Positions 19,049 through 28,342 of a DNA stretch of 64,000 bases are shown piece after piece (position 1 is the first letter of the stretch; the number at the start of each line of letters is the position of its first letter). Both the position numbers and the translations under genes were made by a program. Where the stretch lies: contig CAVSGI010000009.1 of assembly GCA_963727445.1 (NCBI GenBank), forward strand, positions 320,001 through 384,000, in the 5' to 3' direction. Under the pieces are notes generated by a model. It saw only the letters and a program-made list of their open reading frames with translations, did no database searches and was not told the DNA's origin. Source of the DNA: an uncultured delta proteobacterium. Its GTDB lineage: Bacteria > Myxococcota_A > Polyangia > Polyangiales > B10-G4.

Positions 19049-19464
19049 ACGCGGACCGAGGTTCGACTCATCGCCCGTTGCCTGCGAGAGCGGTCCGCCC
19101 ACGCGGACCGAGGTTCGACTCATCGCCCGTTGCCTGCGAGAGCGGTCCGCCCACGCGGACCGAGGTCCGACTCATCGCCCGTTGCCTGCGAGAGCGGTCC
19201 GCCCGCGCGGACCGAGGTTCGACTCATCGCCCGTTGCCTGCGAGAGCGGTCCGCCCACGCGGACCGAGGTTCGACTCATCGCCCGTTGCCTGCGAGAGCG
19301 GTCCGCCCAAGCGGACCGAGGTCCGACTCATCGCCCGTTGCCTGCGAGAGCGGTCCGCCCGCGCGGACCGAGGTTCGACTCATCGCCCGTTGCCTGCGAG
19401 AGCGGTCCGCCCACGCGGACCGAGGTTCGACTCATCGCCCGTTGCCTGCGAGAGCGGTCCGCCC
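19049..19464. repeat. tandem array of 8 x 52-bp units with an internal inverted repeat
   Basis: Unit ACGCGGACCGAGGTTCGACTCATCGCCCGTTGCCTGCGAGAGCGGTCCGCCC; GCGGACCG starts at 19051, 19103, 19155, 19207, 19259, 19311, 19363, 19415; no unique spacers. Confidence 0.95.
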
Positions 19465-19717
19465 CCGAGAGCGCGCTCGCGGACCACGTGCTCGTCGCCA
19501 TCGCGGCGGAGATGAACCTCTCCGAGACCGCGTTCCTCTGGCGCGAGGGCGAAAGCCACCGACTGCGCTGGTTCACGCCGGCGGTCGAGGCCGCCCCTCC
19601 CTCGCCGGCCGGCAGCTCTCCGCCCGAGGTGGCACGGTTCAGGTCCGCGTCGCGGGGGAGCGCGTGAAGCTGGGAGGTGGTGCGGTCACGGTGTTGGAAG
19701 GCGTGTTGCGGATCTAG
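19465..19717 (+). pseudogene. PhzF/YddE-family remnant (N-terminus missing, large internal deletion, frameshift)
   Basis: IAAEMNLSETAF..LRWFTP.VE in one frame, then the C-terminal QLSARGG..RVKLGG.AVTVLEG in another; the CGHAT and EDP.TG core is absent. Confidence 0.85.
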
Positions 19718-19778
19718 ACGCGGTCACCCTTCGCCGGAAGTGTCGCAGCCGTCCGCGAAAGGGCGGAGGATTCATCCC

Positions 19779-20758
19779 TCACATGAAAAGGCAGACGCGT
19801 GGCGAAGCGCCCGTGTCGCAGCTTGTGCCGGGACAGTCGTCATCGCTGAGGCAGAACACCGTGCAGCGATTGGTCGTAGAGCCGAACATACGACAGACGC
19901 CATCGTTGACGCTGTCGCGCCCACACATCGCGTCGCCGGCGGCGTCGAGGGTCATGCAGTCGAGGTTGCGGAGAAGTCCGTCTGCGCTTCACAGGTCGAT
20001 CGGGCCAAGGTGCAGAACGTCGACTCCATCCCATCCACGCTGGTCGTCATGTCCGCCGAGACATAGGGCGGCAGCGTCGTGCAATCGCCCCCCGGCGCGC
20101 CCATGCCCGAGGCGTCCTGGCGCCATGCGCAGTGGTTGCCGACGTCGACGGGGTCGGCGGCGGTGGTGGTCGGGTCGTCGTAGGTCCAGGGGATGCAGAG
20201 CATGCCCATCATGCATTCTTCGTCAGCGACGCAGTCGCCGCACGCACCGACGGACGCGGCGGTGTAGCTACGGCAGCTGTTCATGGGAAGGTCACAGCCC
20301 TCCATGGCGCCGCAGGTGCTGTTGTCGACGCACTCCACACAACTGCCCGTGCTGTCCCCGCTCAGCGCGCACACTTCGGTTCCCGTCCGTCCCATGCAGG
20401 CCGCGTCCGCATCGCACGGGCCACAGGTGCCGGCGGTGGTGTCGCACTGTGGCGCGTCGAGCTCCGTGCAGTCGGAATCCATCAAGCACGCGACGCAGTC
20501 GCCGGTCGTCTCGTTGCAATAGGGCGTCGGCGCCGTGCACTCCATCCCGCAGGGCCCGGCGTCCACGGCCGTGTCGGCGTCGGCGCCTGCGTCCCCGGGA
20601 GCGTCGCTGCCCGAATCCACCGGCCCCGCGTCGACGCGGACGCAGCTGTCGCCTTCGAGGACGAAGCCCGGCCCGCAGAGGGGCTCTTCGTCGGGGCAGC
20701 CCGAGAGGAGCACGAGGAGGAGAGAAGAGGCGAGAGTGAGAATGGGTCGATGGGTGAT
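19779..20758 (-). CDS. Cys-rich lipoprotein, frameshifted near 19970
   Basis: Lipobox LSGC; CV.C...DC repeats; Cys-rich coding continues in another frame (RNLDCMTL...RVCLFM*, stop 19779); start uncertain. Confidence 0.72.
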
Positions 20759-21768
20759 CAGAAAGTCCCCGTGAGATGAAGCGCTGCGCCGGCGGCTTCA
20801 CCGTCGCTGTCGGTCAAAGGTTGCACGATTAGAACTACACCACCCGCGGCGAGCAGGGCTACGGACACGACGGTGAGTGCGATGGCTGCGGCGCCGAAGT
20901 GGATCTGCTGGCCCGGCTCTCCACCACCCGCGGCTGGGGGCTGAGTCACCTCGCCGGAGCGCGCGGCGGCTTGGATCGGACCCACGCCGAGAGTCACGAG
21001 GCCTCCCAAAATCAGCGCGCCGCCGACGACGACGTCCAGCAAGGGAAAGTGGGAGTCGTGCGTGGCTGGGTTCGATCCCACACCTTCGCCTGCGCCTCCT
21101 TCCCCATCCCCGAGATCCGCGTCGAGCGTGACGGCCTCTTCTTCCAGCTCGACGTCCCACGACTCGCTCCGTCCATGCAGGCGCACCTCCACCTCGTGCT
21201 GCCCCGCTTCGAAGGTGCCGACGAATGGGGTCACGCCGACCTCGGTGCCGTCCAACATCACCAGCGCGCCTTCGGGCTCGCTGCCCACCCGGAGCTCGAC
21301 GCCACCGCCCATCGTGCGACGGCGCGCCGCCGCCACCACCGCGTTCGTCGCCGCGCTGGCCACGCCGGCGTCGCCCACGTCTGCGTCCGCTTCGTGGGTC
21401 TCGCCGGTCGGCTCGACCAGGGTCACGGCGACCGAGGCGGCGCGCCCGTCATCCCCGGGCCAGACGGCGACCACCAACACGGCGTCGATGCCCGATTCGC
21501 GCGCCAGGCGGGCGGCGCAGTCGACCTCGAGACAGTCGGCCAGCGCTTCTTCACCGTCCGGCAGCCGATGCATCAGCGCGCCGACCGGCTCGAACTGCGC
21601 GCTCGGGCCGAGCACGCGCGCGCTCTGCACTGCGGTGAAGGCGGCCATCCGCTCGGACGAGTCGACGCGCGAGTCCCGCTCGACGGGGAGCACGGTGAAG
21701 ACCTGCGCCTCTGCGCCGAGAGGCGAGAGCAGCGCGAGCACGAAGGCCGTCGTGACGAGCATCCTCAA
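20758..21768 (-). CDS. PEGA domain protein with C-terminal hydrophobic helices and a G-T-F terminal strand
   Basis: SEPEGALVMLDG..VGVTP...GQHEVEV; ends LHLTGTF. Confidence 0.85.
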   Translation of the reverse strand: MRMLVTTAFVLALLSPLGAEAQVFTVLPVERDSRVDSSERMAAFTAVQSARVLGPSAQFEPVGALMHRLPDGEEALADCLEVDCAARLARESGIDAVLVVAVWPGDDGRAASVAVTLVEPTGETHEADADVGDAGVASAATNAVVAAARRRTMGGGVELRVGSEPEGALVMLDGTEVGVTPFVGTFEAGQHEVEVRLHGRSESWDVELEEEAVTLDADLGDGEGGAGEGVGSNPATHDSHFPLLDVVVGGALILGGLVTLGVGPIQAAARSGEVTQPPAAGGGEPGQQIHFGAAAIALTVVSVALLAAGGVVLIVQPLTDSDGEAAGAALHLTGTF

Positions 21769-23552
21769 AGCGTTCCTCCGATGATGAGACCCGCGCCGTT
21801 CGGACCCACGGACGGCAACACGCTCAGGTCATTCGGTCGCGCATCCTCACCCGAATCGAAGATCAGCGCCACAATCGGGAGGGCGAGCAGAGGAACGCTC
21901 ATCGTCAGGACGAGCGGGGCCAGCGGCACGGTGCGATTCCGCTCGGAGCACATCGGATCCGCGCATTTGCCTTCTTGGGTCCAGAGTCCGATCCCGACCG
22001 CCGCCGCCGCGACGCCCACGCCGCCGATCACCCAGTGCCACCACTCGGGGCCACCGTCACCCACGAGGAAGGGAAGGGCCGCGGTGGTGAGGACGGCGCC
22101 GCCGACCCCGAGGAGCGCGACGGGCGCCACCATCTCGTCCCGGCGATCGAGGCGGAGCTGGTAGTCGGGATCGGTCGGCTGCGCGACGTTCACCAGTCCG
22201 TCGCGATGAAACCACTCCCCCTGCAGGCCCCAGCCGACGCCGTAGCTCACGACGCCCACGCCGCCGAGCACCCAGCCGAGCCAGGCGAGGTCGTTCGTCG
22301 CTTCCGGCGCTCCATCGTCGCTCGGCGGCGGCTCGATGTCGCGGCCCATCGCCGAGGTGGCCTGGCGCGGGGCTGGCGGCGACCAGGCGGCGATCTCGAT
22401 GTCCTCGTCGTGGGTCGCGTCCACCGATCGCCGCTGGAGCAGCGCCACCATTCCGCGCTGCACCGAGGACGGCGAAGCGCCAGAGGCGCTCATGGCGATC
22501 TTCGCTGAGGCGAGGACCCGGGGCGGCTCCCCCACGCGGATCCAATCGACCCGCGCGACCTCCGGGTCCTCGGCGCTGACCAGGAGAAGGTCGGTCGCGC
22601 CGAGGATCTCCGCGACCGCCACGCCGTCCGCCATCCGGTGCGCGTACTCGGCCTGGGCGTCCTCGTACTCGAGGCGCACGTCACCCGCGGTGCTGCGAAG
22701 GGTGCGATCGAATCGCGAGTCGATGACCAGCTCGCGCGGCTCGGCCGCGAGGATGAAGCGGTGCACCCGCCCGGGCCGGCCGCTCTCGCACTCGACCTGG
22801 ATGCGGTACTCGCCGGTCGGGAGCTGCTCGCGCGTGAAGGGCGTCGTCCCGAGGCGCCGCCCGTTCATGTAGACATCGCAGCCCGGCGGACGGCTCTCCA
22901 CGTGCAGCGAGCCGTGCGGGCCCGATTCGATGCGCTCCACCGCGCGCTGGTAGAGGCGCCGCACGGCGGGCGGGTGCTCCGAGGCGGACGGCTGCATGTC
23001 GGGCACGAGGCGCGCGCATTCGATCGCCTGATTCAACGCGCCCTCCTCGTCGCCGGCGTCGGACAGAGCGCGCACGAGGTAGAGGCAGGAGTTCAGGACG
23101 CGGCGCGCCGAGCGCGACTCGCGGTTGAGCGCCTCGATCGCGCCCTGGGCGCGCTCGAGGATCGACTCGATGGCGCGGCGCGCCTGCCGGCGCCGCCCGA
23201 AGGCCACGTGCTCGAGGGCGGCTTCGCTCTCGCGCGCGAGGGCGTCGAAGTCGTCCTGCGACGCGGCGGCGGGCTCCGAAGAGTGACGCTGGCGCAGCAG
23301 CTCTGCCATCTGGGCGGCGGAGATGACGGTGAGCTGCGAGGACGCGGCGCGCTCGATCGCCTCAGCGGTTGCGGCGAAGCCAGGCGGCTCGGCCCCGGCG
23401 AGGGTGCGCACCACGACGGCGCGCTCCTGCGCGGCGGCGGACGCTGCCGGCGTGGTGGCCGCGAACGCCACACAGCCGATCGCCAAGAAAGCCCACAGCT
23501 TTTCCAACCGCCTCGTCCTCCCCTTTTGCGGATGCCAGCGGGAAGCTGCCAA
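21765..23552 (-). CDS. PEGA domain protein with a helical N-region and membrane C-terminus
   Basis: SRPPGCDVYMNGRRLGTTP...GEYRIQV; ends GLIIGGTL; 4-bp overlap with the next gene; start uncertain. Confidence 0.83.
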   Translation of the reverse strand: MAASRWHPQKGRTRRLEKLWAFLAIGCVAFAATTPAASAAAQERAVVVRTLAGAEPPGFAATAEAIERAASSQLTVISAAQMAELLRQRHSSEPAAASQDDFDALARESEAALEHVAFGRRRQARRAIESILERAQGAIEALNRESRSARRVLNSCLYLVRALSDAGDEEGALNQAIECARLVPDMQPSASEHPPAVRRLYQRAVERIESGPHGSLHVESRPPGCDVYMNGRRLGTTPFTREQLPTGEYRIQVECESGRPGRVHRFILAAEPRELVIDSRFDRTLRSTAGDVRLEYEDAQAEYAHRMADGVAVAEILGATDLLLVSAEDPEVARVDWIRVGEPPRVLASAKIAMSASGASPSSVQRGMVALLQRRSVDATHDEDIEIAAWSPPAPRQATSAMGRDIEPPPSDDGAPEATNDLAWLGWVLGGVGVVSYGVGWGLQGEWFHRDGLVNVAQPTDPDYQLRLDRRDEMVAPVALLGVGGAVLTTAALPFLVGDGGPEWWHWVIGGVGVAAAAVGIGLWTQEGKCADPMCSERNRTVPLAPLVLTMSVPLLALPIVALIFDSGEDARPNDLSVLPSVGPNGAGLIIGGTL

Positions 23553-23683
23553 AGGGCCCGACCCGTTTCAACCATTGTCGTGACGAGGCGTGACGAGTTG
23601 CGCTCTTCGGGGGCCACCCTCCGGGGTGACAGACGGGTGTTCAGGTATTGGCGCCCCGGTCCCTGTCGGTAATCTCGCCCGTC

Positions 23684-25228
23684 ATGCGGCTCGCTTCAGG
23701 CTTCGTGCTCCTATCCCTCTTCGCCATGGCCTGCGGCGACGAGAGCTGTCCAGAAGGCACCGTCGACTTCGGGGAAGGCTGCGTCCCAGTGGACGCCTCG
23801 GTGGACAGTGGAGACGCGACGGCCGACGCAGGCGACTCCGGCGTCTTCGACGGGTGCGCGATGAACCCCGAGGAGTGCAACGGCCTCGACGACGACTGCG
23901 ACGGAATGCTCGACGAGGGACTCGACGCGAACGCGTACTACACCGACGCGGACGGAGACACGTTCGGCGACGACACGACGATGGTGACGGCCTGCGCCGC
24001 CCCGCCCATGCTCGTCGAATCCGGCGGCGACTGCGACGACACGAACGACGCGATCCATCCCGACGCGACGGAGACATGCGACGACGTCGATCAGGATTGC
24101 GACGGCGCGGTGGATGAAGGGCTGCTGGGGCCGGTGGGGGCGCCGGTGTCGTTGGGGGCGATCGCCCTCGTGCCCGGAAGCGACAACGATGTTGACATCG
24201 CGCCTACCTCGACGGGCTATGCGATGGTCTCTGTCTCCGCATCGAACACGATCGTCCTCCAATCCCTGGACAGCCATGGGATGAGAGTCTCGGGTTCGGC
24301 AGTGACGGTAGACGATGTCGGAACCGACCTGCGCGATCCAACGGTCGTTATCCAAAGCCCCGGCGGGATCGAATCCGCCGTGGTTGGCTGGCAAGCCGAC
24401 GTGGCTGCCTACGCAGCCTCTGTCGCTCTCGACGGGAGCAGCAGCACGAGCCGTCAACGGGTGGCGGACTCGGGGAGCTTCCCGGCCCTTGTCTCCTCAG
24501 GGGAAGCGGTTGTGATGGCGTACTACGTTCCGGGTTTGGCCGTAGCTGCTCGCGCAATCAACCCGGCTTCGGGTGCCGCGCTCGGGGCCGAATCCCATCT
24601 GCACGACTTCGCCGTGGATCCATCCTTCCTGCTCATAGGAAAGTTCTACGCCGGGACGGCCTTTCCGTCGGCGTTGCTCATGGGTTTTGCCGAAGCGCCG
24701 TCGGACGGCGTGCCGTATGCCGGCTATTTGAGCGCTCACACGACGGATGGCAGCCCAACGCGTATCGGTGACGTCGTCTCCGTCGCTCCCGAGCCCGGCC
24801 GGCAGGTCGGATACGTTCTTCCTGCGGCGACCGCCGACGGTCGAGCAGCAGTGCTGGCGGCAAGTGCGGACGCCTCCGGTATTTCCGTATCGGTCGCCGA
24901 AGTCACCGTCTCGGACAGTACGTCTCCAGTCGTCGGCACATTCCACGATATTGGGCCTGGCCCCCAGCCATATGCAGTCGCATCTGCGGGTCGGAACCTC
25001 CACGTGCTGTTTCATCGCCGGAGCGCTTTTGACCTGGCGTACGGCGAGGTAGCGATCGATGGTTCGTTGGGTACCAGCCGTACCACGCTTGCTGTGCCTA
25101 CTGGTGACTTCTTGTCGTCGACGGCGATCGCCATGCGAACCGAGACTGAAGGCGCGCTCCTCTACGCCGTCGTGCCGACGGGCGGCACCAACGCCGACCT
25201 GTACTTCCAACGCATCGCCTGCGAATAG
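23684..25228 (+). CDS. lipoprotein with MopE-related putative metal-binding Cys/Asp repeats and a divergent beta-rich C-domain
   Basis: Lipobox MAC; EECNGLDDDCDG, DCDD....HPDATETCDDVDQDCDG. Confidence 0.83.
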   Translation: MRLASGFVLLSLFAMACGDESCPEGTVDFGEGCVPVDASVDSGDATADAGDSGVFDGCAMNPEECNGLDDDCDGMLDEGLDANAYYTDADGDTFGDDTTMVTACAAPPMLVESGGDCDDTNDAIHPDATETCDDVDQDCDGAVDEGLLGPVGAPVSLGAIALVPGSDNDVDIAPTSTGYAMVSVSASNTIVLQSLDSHGMRVSGSAVTVDDVGTDLRDPTVVIQSPGGIESAVVGWQADVAAYAASVALDGSSSTSRQRVADSGSFPALVSSGEAVVMAYYVPGLAVAARAINPASGAALGAESHLHDFAVDPSFLLIGKFYAGTAFPSALLMGFAEAPSDGVPYAGYLSAHTTDGSPTRIGDVVSVAPEPGRQVGYVLPAATADGRAAVLAASADASGISVSVAEVTVSDSTSPVVGTFHDIGPGPQPYAVASAGRNLHVLFHRRSAFDLAYGEVAIDGSLGTSRTTLAVPTGDFLSSTAIAMRTETEGALLYAVVPTGGTNADLYFQRIACE

Positions 25229-25349
25229 CCGCCCGCCTGGGCGTGCCAGCCTGGCGATCGTTTCTGCGGACTGTCGTCCGCACAGGGTGCCTTTTCCTCA
25301 TTCGCATGGGGTCCTCGACTGAGGCCCATCACTTGCAAAGTAGCCGCAT

Positions 25350-26127
25350 ATGCGCGCCGCCTCCGTCCTGGTCGCCCTCCTCTTCGTCGCCGGATGCGCC
25401 CCGGGCACGGTCGAAGGGCTCCCCAATGCGAACGGCTACTCGGACGCGGCGCCCGACTACGTCGACGACGCCGGCACCTTCGACGACGCGGGCGTCCTGC
25501 CCCCGGACGGATTCGACGATTCGTTCATCGCCGACGGGCCCGAAGCGAGCGAGCTCGTCGCCGAGGAGGAGCCCGCCGACGCGCCGGTCGAGCGGCCGCG
25601 CGGCCTGGTGCCCTTCGACGGGTACCGCCTTCCCTTTCGCTGCGGCAAGACCGTCCGCGTGAGCCAGGGAAACAACACCGAGTTCAGCCACCAGGGCCGC
25701 TCGCGCTGGGCCTACGACTTCGCGGTCGCGCGCGGGACGGTGATCCGCGCGATGGCGCCCGGGCGCGTCATCGACGTGCACGGCAGCACGGGCCCCGGCA
25801 ATCCCTGCTACGACGGCGGCGGTCCCGAGTGCGCCGCGGAAGCGAACTACGTGCGCATCCGCCACTCGGACGGAAAAGGTGAGCGCCTACTGGCATCTGA
25901 ACCGGACGCTGGTGTCGCGCGGCGACCGGGTGGCGATGGGCGACCGCATCGGTAAGTCGGGGAACACCGGCTATTCGACCGGGCCTCACGTTCACGTCGA
26001 CCGCGAGGACAACTGCTCCAGCATCGGCTGTCAGACCCGGCGCCTCCGCTTCCTCGACGTCGGCGGGGACCACATGCCGGACACGGGCGATCGCGTCACC
26101 AGCGGGAACTGTCCCGGGATGCTCTGA
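25350..26127 (+). CDS. M23 family metallopeptidase lipoprotein, frameshifted at the A-run near 25875
   Basis: H..AYDFAV..GTVIRAMAPGRV, NYVRIRH; second frame SAYWHL..GDRIGKSGNTGYSTGPHVH (HxH motif). Confidence 0.85.
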
Positions 26128-26137
26128 AGCGCGCGCT

Positions 26138-27457
26138 TCAGCGCGGCGCGAGATCGCTCCGCACGACCGTCGCCTCCGTCGCCTCCGCCGGGTTGAGCGT
26201 TCCGGTGAGCGCCGGGCTCGAGGCGCCGACAATCAACAACACCCCGCTGCCGCCGCCGCCCCCGCCGCCGTTGTTGGGGTGCGGCATGCCGGGTCCACCC
26301 GTCGCGTCCGCGCCGCCCCCGCCGGCGCCTCCCGCACCGCCCATGGCCCCCGCGGCGCCCCCGGCCGCGGCCGTTCCGCACGCACATCCGGGTGAGCCGT
26401 CCTCACCCGCGATGCCGAAGGAGCCGCCGCCCCCACCGCCCCCGCCCGCTGCGAGCGTGCCGCTGACGTCCACCGTTGGGGCCGCCGCGACGATCATCCC
26501 CCCGGCGCCGCCGCCACCACCGCCGCCGCAGGCCGGTGACGCCCGGCCTCCGTCGCCGCCCGTGTTCACGACGCCGCTGACGGTGACACGCCCATGCGAC
26601 GCCAGCAGCACTGCGCCGCCGCCTCCGCCGCCGTTGCCGCCCCGCCCGCTCGGACAGACCGCGAGGTCCGGGCCCCAGCCGGCGCCGCCGCCGCTTCCCC
26701 CGCAGAGGGCCGAGAAGCTCGCCACCATCGCGCCGGGGCTCCCAGAAGCGGCCGATCCCGCGGCGCCACCCTGTCCACCCATGCCGCCGTTCCCCGCGCC
26801 GCCGGCGCCCGAGTCGCAGCACGAGCCGCTGACCTGGCCCATGCCGCCGCCGCCGGGCCCGAAGCCGCCGCTCATCCCAATCCCACCCCGGTAGCCACCT
26901 GGCCCGCTCGTCTCCGCGGCGGCGCTCGCGTCGAGGACGCCCGAAGCCGAGACCTCGACGACGTCCAGCCCGACGAGCCCGAGCGCGCGAGCGCCCGTCA
27001 CGCGCACCGTCCCCTCGACGATGATCTGCTCCGCGAGGAAGAAGCCGATGCCCTGACAGCTCTCGGCCGTGCCCACGCGCTCGAAGACGAAGTCGCCGGT
27101 CGTGCCCGTCACGCTCCCCGACTCGGTGTCGAGGGTCGCACCTTCGGCGAGCGTGAAAACGGAGCCAGGGGCCGGGGTGGGTAGCGTCGTGGGGACGAAG
27201 GGCAGGTCGTAGAGCACCCTGGGCGTGCCGCCATCGTCCGGAGGCGAGCCGTCCACCGCCGAGCCGTCAATCGTCCTGTCGGCGTCGGCTCGCGAGGCGT
27301 CGCGCACGTCGCTATCCGTCCGGGTCGCGCCATCCGGATCTCCCGAGCCGGTGTCGTGCCGAGACGCGATCGCCGACGAGTCCACGGAACAGGCGCCGAG
27401 GCACGCGACCAATGACGCGCGCGCCACGAGACAGAGCGCTCTGTTCGGCGGGACCAT
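26138..27457 (-). CDS. Gly-rich secreted lipoprotein
   Basis: Lipobox LGAC; repeated GGGGGG(A/S)GG.(V/I) motifs. Confidence 0.75.
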   Translation of the reverse strand: MVPPNRALCLVARASLVACLGACSVDSSAIASRHDTGSGDPDGATRTDSDVRDASRADADRTIDGSAVDGSPPDDGGTPRVLYDLPFVPTTLPTPAPGSVFTLAEGATLDTESGSVTGTTGDFVFERVGTAESCQGIGFFLAEQIIVEGTVRVTGARALGLVGLDVVEVSASGVLDASAAAETSGPGGYRGGIGMSGGFGPGGGGMGQVSGSCCDSGAGGAGNGGMGGQGGAAGSAASGSPGAMVASFSALCGGSGGGAGWGPDLAVCPSGRGGNGGGGGGAVLLASHGRVTVSGVVNTGGDGGRASPACGGGGGGGAGGMIVAAAPTVDVSGTLAAGGGGGGGGSFGIAGEDGSPGCACGTAAAGGAAGAMGGAGGAGGGGADATGGPGMPHPNNGGGGGGGSGVLLIVGASSPALTGTLNPAEATEATVVRSDLAPR

Positions 27458-27517
27458 GTAGTGCTCTCAGCGTACCGCACTTCGCGCCCGCTCACTCGGC
27501 GTGGCGCGCGCGGCGCC

Positions 27518-28168
27518 TCAGAACGTGCCGCTCGCGGTGAGCCCCGCGGCGCTGCTTCCGATCATCGGGTCGACACGTATCGTCGTGGTCTCGCTCAGCT
27601 GGACTTCGTTCACCGTGCGACGGGCGAAGGTCAGCCCCGCGATGAGCATGGTGAGGCCACCGGCCTCGAGAAGGCCGGCGCCGATCAGGAAGCCGACCTC
27701 GAGGTCGGAGCTCGCGAAGGGCAGCTGGAGCCACGGCCCGACCACCGGAATGACCGACATCGCCAAGAACGTGTCGGTGTTGTCGACCCCCGCCACCGCG
27801 CGCAGGCTCGAGTAGAGGAGCGAGCCGATCAGGTTCGCGCCGTAGCCGACGGCGAGGCTCACCGCGCCCGGGATCACCAGCGCGCGATTGGCGCGGGTGC
27901 GCGCGACCTCGGGTGGCTGGTAGTCGGGCGGCGTCTCGCCGGTGGGATCCGTGAGCTGTGTCGGCGGTGGCGTCGCGAGCTGAACACTGCTGGCCGTCGC
28001 AGTGGACTCGGGCGCGGTGGGGACCGCCGTGTGGGTGACGTCGTAGCCGTTGGGCACGATCACCACGACGCCACCATTCGCATTCGGCGCTTGCGTCTGC
28101 GCCACCGCGCTCGTCGCGCTCAGCAGCAAGGTCGTCATCCCCATCAGCACCATCGTCATCCGTGTCAT
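27518..28168 (-). CDS. hypothetical exported membrane protein with a G-T-F C-terminus
   Basis: GGAGG RBS; signal peptide; Pro-rich linker; IPVVGPW; ends GLTASGTF. Confidence 0.75.
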   Translation of the reverse strand: MTRMTMVLMGMTTLLLSATSAVAQTQAPNANGGVVVIVPNGYDVTHTAVPTAPESTATASSVQLATPPPTQLTDPTGETPPDYQPPEVARTRANRALVIPGAVSLAVGYGANLIGSLLYSSLRAVAGVDNTDTFLAMSVIPVVGPWLQLPFASSDLEVGFLIGAGLLEAGGLTMLIAGLTFARRTVNEVQLSETTTIRVDPMIGSSAAGLTASGTF

Positions 28169-28342
28169 CGTCATCGCCTCCATCTGCAGTGGCTCAGTGC
28201 AGCGGGCGTGCCGGGCTGTGCCCCGACTCACGGCACAGCCGAAAGACGACGGATCTCCAGTGGTTGTCGCGGGCGACCTCCCGCGCCTCACGCTGTGCCA
28301 CTCCGTGCAAGCGTCAAGCGTGGTTCTCGATCCGCGTCGGGC

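Noticed and set aside
19049..19464. CRISPR array or tRNA gene cluster
   Set aside because: Units are contiguous and near-identical with no unique spacers and no cas genes; only a T-arm-like motif is present, not a cloverleaf.
16674..19720. Genomic island integrated at tRNA-Phe
   Set aside because: No integrase and no duplicated tRNA 3' end noticed; downstream genes have host-like composition.
25865..25885. Programmed ribosomal frameshift in the M23 gene
   Set aside because: Only a 4-A run with no evident stimulatory element; an indel error or mutation is simpler.
28285..28300. sigma54 promoter upstream of the 27518-28168 gene
   Set aside because: TGGCAC is present but the GG-to-GC spacing is wrong and there is no TTGC.
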